The notes below the pieces were generated by a model. The model was not told the DNA's origin. It saw only the letters and a program-made list of their open reading frames with translations, and made no database searches. Both the position numbers and the translations under genes were made by a program. A DNA stretch of 64,000 nucleotides from an uncultured Gemmatimonadaceae bacterium (GTDB lineage: Bacteria; Gemmatimonadota; Gemmatimonadetes; Gemmatimonadales; Gemmatimonadaceae). The stretch spans positions 640,001 to 704,000 of the forward strand of contig CAWJMB010000002.1 of assembly GCA_963843845.1 (NCBI GenBank), in the 5' to 3' direction. Of this stretch, positions 31,715 to 41,555 are shown piece after piece. Positions within the stretch are counted from its first letter, which is position 1, and every line of letters begins with the position of its first letter.

Positions 31715-34025
31715 CCGGCGTGCCGAGCCCGCGCAGCGCGTTCCAGATGAGCGGGAACGTCGCGAGGGTCTGCGCGCGGTACTGCGGCCGGAAGCCGTAG
31801 AGCACGACGTGGCCTTTCCCCTGTCTGACGTCGACGAGCGCTCCCTTCCCGGCGATGCGCTGCCCGCCCAACAGCCACCCCGAGAGTAGCGCGTCGCCCT
31901 GCGCCGGGTAGCGGGCGACGATCGTCGCGCGGCTCGGGTCGGTGACCTCGAACGCCGGGCTGCTCTCGAACCACGCCATCGGCTGCGGCGCGGTCATTCC
32001 CTGCGCGAGCGGGTGGGTGGTGTCGAGCTCGATGCGGAAGATCGACCCGGGCGCGTAGAAGTCGGTGGGGCGCGCGTCGGCCAGCACGTTCTTGACCGGA
32101 AGGGCGAGCGCCTCGATCGCGTAGTCGCTCGCGTCGTTGAACGCGAGCACGGTGCCGCCGTTCTCGACGAACGCCTTCAGCGCCGCGGCGCCTTCCGCGC
32201 CGACGCCGCCCTTGAGCGAGTCGGGGTATGCGCCGCCGGGCCCGCCGGCGATCGCGCGCGACGCCTGGTCCGGCAGGATGAGCGCGTCGAACTTCGCGTT
32301 CAGGTTGCCGGCGCGCAGATCCTTCGCGTGCACGACGGTGAACGGGATGCGGTGCTGATCGAGCACCCACCGCGTCCACCCCTCGTCCATCGACGGCGAG
32401 TAGTTCTGGAAGATGGCGACGCGCCGCGCGCGACTGTTCGTGAGCCCGCGCGCGACCCACGGCGTCTGCGCGACGCTCGGCATCGGCACGCTCGCCGCCG
32501 TCACCGAATCCTTGATGAACGCGACGTCGAAGCCCATCAACAGCGGGAGCGTGTGCGCGGTGACGTCGTACGGCCGCTTCGGCGGCCCGCCCGGATACTC
32601 GTACAGATTCGGGTACGTCTGCCGTTCGAGCAGCGATTTCGCGAACGCGCCGTACGGCTGCGCCGTGTAGATGACGACGCTCCCCGCCGGATACGTGGTG
32701 CCGTTCGCCGAGAACGCCGCCGTCGCGCGCCGCAGCTCGACCTGGCCGCGCTGCAGGATGCGCACGGCCGCGTTCACCGCCGTGTCGCGCGACGGCTGCG
32801 CCGGGATGACGATCGTCGCGGGCCAGTCGGAGCGTCCGGGCGCCTTGCTGCCCAGCAGCGCGTTCCGCTGTACCTGCACGGCGCTCGACACCCACTGCGC
32901 GCGGTCGTCCGCCGCCTGCGCGAGCAGCGCGATCGTCGCGGCGGTCTGGTACGTCACGATGTCGCCGATCGTCCACCGCCCGCCCGGCCACACCGACAGG
33001 AAGTCGACTCCCGCCTGCTTCGGGTCGACGTTGTAGCCCGGGCGCAGCGACGCGAACGGCACGTCGATCGGCGACGCCATGTTCGCGCTCGCCGTCTCGG
33101 TGAGGATGCGGATCGCCCCGTGGTAGTGCTGGAACGCGCGCGCCGGCGTCCACGCGTCGTAACTCGTGTTGTTCGCGACGCCGGTGAATCCCTGCGACAG
33201 CATGCGCCACGTCATCGCCTTCCCCATCTGCGCGACGCCGGCCATGAGGATCGGGTCGATGTTCGGCTCGATCGGATCCATGTACGGCGGGATGAAGATG
33301 CGCGTCCCGTTCGCCCCCTGCTGGTGGATGTCGTTCACGATCTGGGGGTGCCACACGTTGTACAGCGAGTCGATCACCATCCGCGTCTCGGCCTGCGTGA
33401 ACGCGTACCAGTCGCGGTTGTTGTCGTGCCCCGTGTAGTAGTGGTAGAGCAGCGGGGGCTGCGACCCTTCCCACGCGGTGCCTAACGACGCGCGATACCA
33501 GTCGCCGACGATGTCCACCCCGTCGGGGTTGAGGCTCGGGACGAGGATCACGATCGCGTCGCGGCGGATCGCCTTCGCCTCCTCGTCCTCACCGCCCGCG
33601 ACACGCTCGGCGATCTTGAGGGGCGACATGATGCCGCCGACCTCGGTCGAGTGAATGCTCGACGTCACGAGCACGACGACCTTGTCGGTGCCCAACGCCT
33701 GCCGTACCGCCTCCGGCGACGCGCCGCGCGGGTCGGCGAGCAGGCGTTGCGCCTCCTGGTAGCGCGACAGATTCGCGATCGTCGCCTCGTCGCTCAGGAA
33801 CGCCGCGATGAACGGCCGCCCGAGCGTCGTCCGGCCTAACGTCTTCACCGTGACGCGCGGCGACGCCGCGTCGAGCGCCTGGAAGTACGCGACGACTTGC
33901 CGCCACTCGGGGAGCCGCCGGTCCGTGCCGGGCTCCCAGCCGAGGACCGAAGTCGGGGTCGGGAGCTGCGCGGCGAGGGCGGCGGGAAGGGCCGCGACGA
34001 GGGCGGCGAGCAGGCGGAGGCGCAT
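31695..34025 (-). CDS. M14 zinc carboxypeptidase-like protein with C-terminal GATase-like domain
   Basis: Signal peptide; IHSTE, LNPDG, HDNNRD, DIHQ, ILTE; MDEGWTRWVL; GFRPQYRAQ. Confidence 0.9.
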   Translation of the reverse strand: MRLRLLAALVAALPAALAAQLPTPTSVLGWEPGTDRRLPEWRQVVAYFQALDAASPRVTVKTLGRTTLGRPFIAAFLSDEATIANLSRYQEAQRLLADPRGASPEAVRQALGTDKVVVLVTSSIHSTEVGGIMSPLKIAERVAGGEDEEAKAIRRDAIVILVPSLNPDGVDIVGDWYRASLGTAWEGSQPPLLYHYYTGHDNNRDWYAFTQAETRMVIDSLYNVWHPQIVNDIHQQGANGTRIFIPPYMDPIEPNIDPILMAGVAQMGKAMTWRMLSQGFTGVANNTSYDAWTPARAFQHYHGAIRILTETASANMASPIDVPFASLRPGYNVDPKQAGVDFLSVWPGGRWTIGDIVTYQTAATIALLAQAADDRAQWVSSAVQVQRNALLGSKAPGRSDWPATIVIPAQPSRDTAVNAAVRILQRGQVELRRATAAFSANGTTYPAGSVVIYTAQPYGAFAKSLLERQTYPNLYEYPGGPPKRPYDVTAHTLPLLMGFDVAFIKDSVTAASVPMPSVAQTPWVARGLTNSRARRVAIFQNYSPSMDEGWTRWVLDQHRIPFTVVHAKDLRAGNLNAKFDALILPDQASRAIAGGPGGAYPDSLKGGVGAEGAAALKAFVENGGTVLAFNDASDYAIEALALPVKNVLADARPTDFYAPGSIFRIELDTTHPLAQGMTAPQPMAWFESSPAFEVTDPSRATIVARYPAQGDALLSGWLLGGQRIAGKGALVDVRQGKGHVVLYGFRPQYRAQTLATFPLIWNALRGLGTPVTKTVQ

Positions 34026-34160
34026 GAGCACGGAAGGGCGTGGTCGGCGAGGGGCGTCCCGTACTCTACGCTGCGGGCGCGCCAGAACAACGCCCCCCTC
34101 TGCCGCCGCGTATACTCCCCGGCGTCCGTCCGCCGCGTCACCCCACCGCTGCCCATCTCC

Positions 34161-37005
34161 ATGCTCACCCTGCCCCTCCGCCGCTCCCTCGGTGCGTCGG
34201 CCCTGCTCGCCGCCATGCTGCTGCCGGCCGCGGCGACCGCCCAGCGCCGCATCACGACGCCGAAGGAGGAATTCGGCTTCAACATCGGCGACGACTACCA
34301 GCCTCGCGAACTACACGCAGTTCGAGAAGTACTGGCGCAAGCTCGCGACCGAGAGTCGACCGCGCGAAGCTCGTCGAGATCGGCAAGAGCGAGGAGGGGC
34401 GTCCGCAGCTGATGATGATCATCTCGTCGCCGGCGAACCTCGCGAAGCTCGACCGCTACAAGGAGATCTCGCGCCGCCTCGCGTTAGGCCTCAGCGCGCG
34501 ACTCGAACGAGGCGCGCGCGCTCGCGAAGGAAGGCAAGGCGGTCGTCTGGATCGACGGCGGCCTGCACGCCACCGAGGTGCTGGGCGCCGCGCAGCTCAT
34601 CGAGACCGTCGTACCAGCTGCTGTCGCAAGACCGACGTCGAGACGATGCGCTTCCTCGACGACTGCATCATCCTCGTCGGCGCACGCGAACCCCGACGGG
34701 ATGGAGCTCGTGTCGAACTGGTACATGAAGGACGCGGACGACGAAGAAGCGCGAGCATGAACATCCCGCGTCTCTACCAGAAGTACGCGGGGCACGACAA
34801 CAACCGCGACTTCTACATGTCGAACACAGAAGGAGTCGCAGAACGTCAACCACGTGTTCTACTGGGAGTGGTTCCCGCAGATCGTCTACAACCACCACCA
34901 GACCGGGCCGGCCGGCACGGTGATGTTCGCGCCGCCGTTCCGCGACCCGTTCAACTACAACTTCGACCCGCTCATCCCGGTCGGCATCGACCTCGTCGCG
35001 GCGTCGATGCACTCGCGCTTCGAGGCCGAGGGCAAGCCGGGCGTCACGATGCGTTCCGGCTCGACGTACTCGACGTGGTGGAACGGCGGCCTGCGCACGA
35101 CGGTCGTACTTCCACAACATGATCGGCCTGCTCACGGAGACGATCGGCAACCCGACGCCGACGACGCATCCCGTTCATCCCCGAGCAGCAGCTGCCGCGC
35201 GCCGACCTGCCGTATCCCGATCGCGCCGCAGGAGTGGCACTTCCGCCAGTCGATCGACTACTCGCTGACCGCGAACTGCGCGGTGCTCGACATCGCAGCC
35301 GCGCAGCGCGAGAACCTGCTGTTCAACATCTGGCAGATGGGCCAGCAACTCGATCGACCGCGGCATCGCGCGACTCGTGGACGACGACGCCGAGCGAGAT
35401 CGACAGCGTGCGGAAGCTCGCCGAAGCGCGCGAGCCCGCGCCGCGCGGCCGGCGGTCCCGTCGGCGACGCGACCGGCGCCGGCAGCGCCGTCGCCTGACC
35501 GGCCGAGCAGTTCCGCACACTTCCTGCGCGACCCGGCCAAGCGCGACCCGCGCGGCTACATCCTCCCGAGCGACCAGCCCGACTTCCCGACGGCGACGAA
35601 GTTCATCAACGCGCTGCGCCACGCGGGCGTCGACGATGCACCGCGCCACGGCGCCGTTCACGGTCGCGGGCAAGCGGTACCCGGCGGGCTCGTACGTCGT
35701 GAAGAGCGGCCCAGGCCTTCCGGCCGCACGTGCTCGACATGTTCGAGCCGCAGGACCACCCGAACGACTTCGCGTATCCGGGCGGCCCGCCGAAGCGCCC
35801 GTACGACAACGCCGGCTACACGCTCGCGTACCAGATGGGCGTGCAGTTCGACCGCATCCTCGACGGCTTCGACGTGTCGGGACTCACCGAGGTGCAGGGG
35901 CTGGCCGCGGTGCCGCCCGCCAAGATCGCGACGACGAGCGGCGCCGGCTATCTCGTCAGCCACGAGATGAACAACGCCTTTCTCGCCGTGAACAAGGCGC
36001 TGAAGGGCGGCGCGGACGTGTATCTGCTGAAGGCGCCGATGAAGGCCGGCTCGACGACCTACCCGGCCGGCACGTTCTGGATCGCGTCGAACCGCACGAC
36101 GACGACGATGATGCAGGACCTCGCCCGCACGCAGGGCGTCGCGTACGAAGCGACGTCGTCGCGCCCGAGCGGCGACGCGCAGAAGCTTCGCCAGATGCGC
36201 GTCGGCCTCGTCGACCAGTACGGCGGCTCGATGCCGTCCGGCTGGACGCGCCTGCATCTTCGAGCAGTACGACTTCCCGTACAGCGTCGTCTATCCGAAG
36301 GAGCTCGACGCCGGCAACCTCGCCGCGAAGTACGACGTGCTCGTCTTCCCGTCGGGCACCATTCCGGCGTTTCGCGAAGCGGCGTTCGGCGGGCGCGGCG
36401 GCGGCGGCTTCGGCGGCGGCGCGATGGACACGCTCTCGATCCCCGCGGAGTTCCGCCCCTGGCTCGGCCGCGCCACGGCCGACAAGCACGGTTCCGCAGA
36501 TCAAGCAGCTTCCTCGAGGCCGGCGGTACCGTCGTCGCCGTCGGCTCGTCGGCGAACCTCGGCTACCACCTCGGCCTGCCGATGGAGAACGCGCTGACCG
36601 AGAACGGCGGACGCGATCTCCCCGCGGACAAGTACTACATCCCCGGCTCGGTGCTGCGTGTCGCGGTCGACACGACGAAGGCGGTCTCGTACGGTGTCGG
36701 CACGAACGGCATGGTCGACGTCTTCTTCGACAACAGCCCCGCCTTCAAGCTCGGCGCCGACGCGGCGGCGAAGGGTGTTCGCCCGCTCGCCTGGTTCGAC
36801 ACGAAGACGCCGCTGCGCAGCGGGTGGGCGTGGGGGCAGACGTACCTCGATGGCGCCGTCCAGGCGGCGGAAGCGAAGGTCGGGCAGGGGAACGCTCTAC
36901 CTGTTCGCGCCGGAGATCACGTTCCGGGCGCAGCCGTATGGAACGTTCAAGTGGCTGTTCAACGGCATCTACTCGGCGCCGCCGGCGGGACCCACGGCGA
37001 TGTGA
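34161..37005 (+). CDS. Second M14 zinc carboxypeptidase-like protein (many apparent frameshifts)
   Basis: Signal peptide; IDGGLHATE, ANPDG, HDNNRD, YNHHQ, YSTWWNGG, MPSGWTR, PEITFRAQ. Confidence 0.85.
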
Positions 37006-37036
37006 CGTCGTGCGGGGCAGGTGTACGGCGTGACGA

Positions 37037-37071
37037 CGAACGGCCCGCTCCGATGTGGAGCGGGCCGTTCG
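37037..37071 (+). terminator. Terminator-like hairpin
   Basis: CGAACGGCCCGCTCC-GATGT-GGAGCGGGCCGTTCG, 15-bp stem after the M14 stop. Confidence 0.7.
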
Positions 37072-37334
37072 CGCATCGGCCTGCGATCGTGTCGCTCGTC
37101 GCTGCCCCGGCGCTCGGCGATCCGAACGGTCGATGCGCGCGAGGGCGGCGCTCCATGTCAGCGCTCCGGGGGCAGCGCACCGCGGCGTCGCGCGACGTGA
37201 GGGGTGTCGCACCGCGTGTGCGGCACTGAGCGCGGGAAGAGCGATCCTCTGGGCGCGTGCCACGAAACACGCGCGCCGACCCGGGAACCGGATCGGCGCG
37301 CGCACCGCCGCCCGCGTGACGCGGACCGCTTCAA

Positions 37335-37407
37335 CTGGGGCGGGTGGATTCGAACCACCGATCTGCCGATTAACAGTCGGCTGCTTTGCCAGCTCAGCTA
37401 CGCCCCA
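37335..37407 (-). tRNA. tRNA-Asn (GTT), CCA not encoded
   Basis: Reverse complement TGGGGCGTAGCTGAGCTGGCAAAGCAGCCGACTGTTAATCGGCAGATCGGTGGTTCGAATCCACCCGCCCCAG: acceptor stem TGGGGCG/CGCCCCA, anticodon loop CT-GTT-AA, T-loop GTTCGAATC. Confidence 0.95.
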
Positions 37408-37522
37408 TCGCACTCGGCCGCTCGCAGCGGCAGAGCGGCCGACGATCGCAAAGCTAAATCGTCGGACTGCCTTACGACAGGCGGGACTCGACGTTCTTCC
37501 CCCCGCTCGAGGAGACTCCGCA

Positions 37523-38986
37523 ATGACGCTCGCCCCTGTCGCGCATCGGCACGTCCGGCTCGTCGCGTCGCGCGCCGCGCTCGTCGCATTCTGCGTACTC
37601 GCCGAGGCGGCGAGTGCGCAACCGTTCGCCGTCGCCGAGCGCGTCCGCGTCGCCGAGTACAGCGGTCGGGCACAGCGGAGCGACGTCGTCGTCGCCGACG
37701 TGTCTGGATTCGCGACCGATCCCACGACGGACGTCGGTGTCTACTGGGCTGGTGGCCCGCGCTCCCCGCTGGGATCGTCGTTCGCCTTTCCCGGGGGCGC
37801 ACGGCTCCCCACGGAGCAGAGCGCCGCACGCTACCGGTCGGGGGCAGGCGATGCGTTCGACGGTGTGGCCCGGCTGCTGATCCGCGATGCGAACGGCGTC
37901 GCGCGGTCGGGGTGCACCGGGGCGTTGATCGGCGACCGCCACCTCCTCACCGCCGCCCACTGCGTGGCGAGCGACGCGTCGACGATCGTGGCCGGGAGCG
38001 TCGACGCGACGTTCCTGACCGCGGGGGGTACGCGGACGATCGGGTCGCGTGCGATCCACGTCATGCCAGGCTACACCGGCTCGGTCGTCGACACGCGCGA
38101 CGTCGCGATCGTCGAGCTCGAACGTGCGGCCGATCCGTGGATTCCGCGCTACGCGCTGTTCGGCGGCAATCCGCTGTTCGAGCCGATGATCCAGGTGGGC
38201 TACGGAATGACCGGCAACGGGATCACGGGCGCGGTCGTCAACACGCTGTTCGACGACGTCCCGACTCGGCGCCTGTCGTGGCAACGGTGGGAGCTCTCGG
38301 GCGACGAGGCGTTCGTGTACGCTGGCGGCGCGCCCGGCGGCGCGATCCTCTACGCGGACTTCGACGGCGGGAACGGCGCGACGCTCCGCTTCCCCGTCAC
38401 AGGCGAGTCGTACGGTGTCGGAACCCCCGACGACAACAACTACAACTGCCAGCTCAGCGCGGCGATCTTCTCGGACCTCGACCCGAGCCTCCTCGACGCG
38501 ATCTGCTTCGACGGGTTCTCCACGGATGAGCCGCCGCACGTCGGCTACGACGAGCTCGAGGGGGCGATCGGCGCCGGGGACTCGGGCGGGCCGGCGTTCG
38601 TCGTCGCCGCGGACGGGTCGCTGCAGATCGCCGGGGTCACGTCGTTCGGCGACTATTTCTGCGTCCCCGACCAGCGACTCGACGCGCTGACGGGGGTACC
38701 CGCGCCACGATCGGATCTCGAATGCCTCACCGTCGGCTTCCCGCGCGGCTACATCGCGGTGTCCGGCTTGTTCAGCACGCAGACCGGACACGTCTTCGTC
38801 GGCGCCGGTCCACAGCGCGCGTTCGTCGCCGCGGCACTCGTCCCCGAACCGGCGACCGCGTTACTTCTCGCCACCGGACTGCTCCCGGTCGTCTTCGTCG
38901 TTCGCCGACATTCGAGTCGATGCGCCGCTTCACATTCCGTTCGTCTCCGTCGACCGCGGTCCTCACGTCCGCCGCCGTCGCGCTGA
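37523..38986 (+). CDS. Trypsin-like serine protease with PEP-CTERM
   Basis: CTGAL, LTAAHC, RDVAI, GDSGGP; VPEPATALLLATGLL..RR. Confidence 0.85.
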   Translation: MTLAPVAHRHVRLVASRAALVAFCVLAEAASAQPFAVAERVRVAEYSGRAQRSDVVVADVSGFATDPTTDVGVYWAGGPRSPLGSSFAFPGGARLPTEQSAARYRSGAGDAFDGVARLLIRDANGVARSGCTGALIGDRHLLTAAHCVASDASTIVAGSVDATFLTAGGTRTIGSRAIHVMPGYTGSVVDTRDVAIVELERAADPWIPRYALFGGNPLFEPMIQVGYGMTGNGITGAVVNTLFDDVPTRRLSWQRWELSGDEAFVYAGGAPGGAILYADFDGGNGATLRFPVTGESYGVGTPDDNNYNCQLSAAIFSDLDPSLLDAICFDGFSTDEPPHVGYDELEGAIGAGDSGGPAFVVAADGSLQIAGVTSFGDYFCVPDQRLDALTGVPAPRSDLECLTVGFPRGYIAVSGLFSTQTGHVFVGAGPQRAFVAAALVPEPATALLLATGLLPVVFVVRRHSSRCAASHSVRLRRPRSSRPPPSR

Positions 38987-39774
38987 GTGCATGCCTTCCG
39001 CGCGTGACGCGAGTCGCCGGCGCACAGTCGCCCGCCGTCGTGCGCCCGGCGCCGGTCGTCACGGTGGGCGACGGCGTCGTCGCGGGAAGCTTCACGGCCG
39101 GCGCGTTCGCCGCGCTCGCCGTCGACCGGCGCCTGGCCCACTGGACGCAGCGTCCGGAGCTGCAGCGTGACCGGGGGCTTCGACGGAGCTCGGCGGCGCT
39201 GCGGCTCGCCGCGCAGCCCGGCCTCGCCGTCGCGCTGCCGATCGTCTACGGCGTGGCGCGACTCCGCGACGATCGCACGACGGCGTCGACGGCGCTGCAC
39301 GCCGGCGAGGCGGTGGTGATCGGGAGCGTCGTGACGACGGCGATCAAGCTGACCGTCGGACGGGCGCGGCCGGCGGTGAGCATCGACGATCCGCACACGA
39401 TGCGCTCGCTGCGCGGTTCGTGGCGGAGTGGCGAGTTCCGGTCGTTCCCGTCGGGGCACACGACGATTGCCTTCGCCGTCGCGTCGGCGATCACAGCCGA
39501 GCAGACGCGACGGCGTCCCAACGATCGGTGGTCGAGTGGCGTGCCACTCTACGGGCTCGCGTCGCTCGTCGGGCTGTCGCGCATGTACGACAATCGCCAC
39601 TGGGCGAGCGATGTCGTCGCCGGCGCGGGCATCGGGACGCTCGCCGGCGTCACGGTCGTTCGCTTCAATCGCACGCGCCCCGACAACCGCGTCGACCGCT
39701 GGCTGCTCGGGGTCTCGCTCGGCGGCGATGGGCGTGCGGTGCCGCTCGTCGCCCGTCGCGCGGAACGCCGCTGA
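38920..39774 (+). CDS. PAP2 family phosphatase
   Basis: KLTVGRARP, SFPSGH, SRMYDNRHWASDV. Confidence 0.85.
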   Translation: MRRFTFRSSPSTAVLTSAAVALSACLPRVTRVAGAQSPAVVRPAPVVTVGDGVVAGSFTAGAFAALAVDRRLAHWTQRPELQRDRGLRRSSAALRLAAQPGLAVALPIVYGVARLRDDRTTASTALHAGEAVVIGSVVTTAIKLTVGRARPAVSIDDPHTMRSLRGSWRSGEFRSFPSGHTTIAFAVASAITAEQTRRRPNDRWSSGVPLYGLASLVGLSRMYDNRHWASDVVAGAGIGTLAGVTVVRFNRTRPDNRVDRWLLGVSLGGDGRAVPLVARRAERR

Positions 39775-40016
39775 TCGCCGAGCGTCGTCTTCGCAGCAGC
39801 AGCGGGACGGCGCGCCGTGCCGCCGCCGCTCGGAATCGGTCGTCCGGCGTCCAGAAGGCGGCTGCGTACTGGCGCGACGGCGTCGGAACTGGTAGTGTGG
39901 CGCGCGTGCTGCGCGCTCACTGACCGTACTTCGAGATGGCGGTTGCGCCGCACGGCCCTCCCCTCAGCTCGGCGCTCGTGCCGCCGGGATGCCGTTCGAC
40001 GTCCTCCCCGCCCCCG

Positions 40017-41345
40017 ATGTCCCCCCGCCTCTCCACACGCGTCGCGCTCCTCACGATCGGCCTAGCTGGCGGTGCCGTCCGCATGCACGGCCAGGCCGTA
40101 CAGCAGCCGACCCAGGCGTCGCTGCCGTCGTTCTCTCCGATGGACGTCGCCGTTGGCAGCATCATCACGTCGTCGTACATCACCACGGCGGACAACGCGA
40201 ACCCCAACGGCGTCGGTGTCGCCACCGCTGCCACGCCGTCGGGGAGCTCGAGCGGCTACAACGATCCGGCGCTCGGGTTCAACAACGCGCGGTACTGGGC
40301 GAAGGACGCGCAGTACAGCGGCGTCACCCAGCTCATCATGAGCTACAGCACGCTCAACACGACGACGGGCGTACCAGGAGCCGCGTCGTTCATCTGCACC
40401 GGCGCGCTCATCAACAACGGCTTGTCGGTACTGACGGCCGCGCACTGCGTGAACAACTACGCGCAGACCGCGTCGAACGGGCAGACGACGACGTTCACGC
40501 TCACCGGCGTGCAAGTCCGTCTCGGGCAGCAGTTCGGCGGAAACACCACGGCGGAGCCCGGCGCCGGCGCGCCGAACACGAACCAGGCGTTCAACTACGT
40601 GCAGAACGTCGGCGCGTCGAGCGTCGTGATCCCGCCGGAGTACACCGGCTCGGTCATCGACCAGCGCGACATCGCCGTGATCAATCTGAGCACGATGGCG
40701 CCGTCGATCTACAGGTCGTACGAGCTGTACACCGGCAGTGCGATCGGGATGACGTACAACATCGCCGGGTGGGGCGGACGCGGGAATGGCAATGACGGCA
40801 CCTTCGCGAGCGGAGTGGCCGGCGGGCGTCTCCGGCAGGGGCTGAACATCTTCGATCTCTCCTACGCCGACGCGCGGTTCACTCCCGAGTTCATGACGTT
40901 CATGTTCGGCGCCGCGGGGGCGCAGGACGTCTACCTCTCGGACTTCGACAACGGCGTCGATGCGAACGACGCGCTGTGCCGGCTGTCGTTCGGAACGCTG
41001 AGCGGAACGCCGCTCTGGACCGGCGCGGCGCGACCGTGCAACACCGGTGTCGGGATCGACGAAGTCAGCAGCGCGGGCGGCGATTCGGGCGGGCCGTCGT
41101 TCATCGACGGCCGGATCGCCGCGATCACGTCGTTCGGGCAGACGTTCGGCCCCGGCTTCTTCGGCGACTTCAAGGCCGGCCTGAACTCATCGTTCGGCGA
41201 GATCAACGGCATGACCCGCGTCGACATCAACGCGGCGTGGGTCTCATCGGTCGTCGCACTCGCGGCGCCGGAGCCGGCGACGTTCGTGCTCGTCGGCGGC
41301 GGGTTGCTCCTGCTCGCCGCCGCGGCGCGCCGTCGTCAGGCCTGA
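40017..41345 (+). CDS. Trypsin-like serine protease with PEP-CTERM (paralog)
   Basis: CTGAL, LTAAHC, RDIAV, GDSGGP; APEPATFVLVGGGLLLLAAAARRR. Confidence 0.9.
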   Translation: MSPRLSTRVALLTIGLAGGAVRMHGQAVQQPTQASLPSFSPMDVAVGSIITSSYITTADNANPNGVGVATAATPSGSSSGYNDPALGFNNARYWAKDAQYSGVTQLIMSYSTLNTTTGVPGAASFICTGALINNGLSVLTAAHCVNNYAQTASNGQTTTFTLTGVQVRLGQQFGGNTTAEPGAGAPNTNQAFNYVQNVGASSVVIPPEYTGSVIDQRDIAVINLSTMAPSIYRSYELYTGSAIGMTYNIAGWGGRGNGNDGTFASGVAGGRLRQGLNIFDLSYADARFTPEFMTFMFGAAGAQDVYLSDFDNGVDANDALCRLSFGTLSGTPLWTGAARPCNTGVGIDEVSSAGGDSGGPSFIDGRIAAITSFGQTFGPGFFGDFKAGLNSSFGEINGMTRVDINAAWVSSVVALAAPEPATFVLVGGGLLLLAAAARRRQA

Positions 41346-41555
41346 GCGACCGTCTCGCGCTTCGACCTTCGACGCGCATCGTGTTGTCGCATATCGACAT
41401 ACGAGCAGCGTTCCCCTAGCGGGAGCACTCGAGCGGGGCGATATTGCGGAGTACCGCACTCGTTCCGACACATCAGGCGCGCCTCGTGCAGCGCCTTCTG
41501 TCACGGCCTCGGCAGCGCTGCCGGGGCCGTCTCGCTTTTCAGGGTTGTGAGAACC

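Noticed and set aside
37072..37334. Integrated element at the tRNA-Asn 3' end
   Set aside because: No integrase and no duplicated tRNA 3' end seen; only GC-rich hairpins, including a likely tRNA terminator near 37270-37302.
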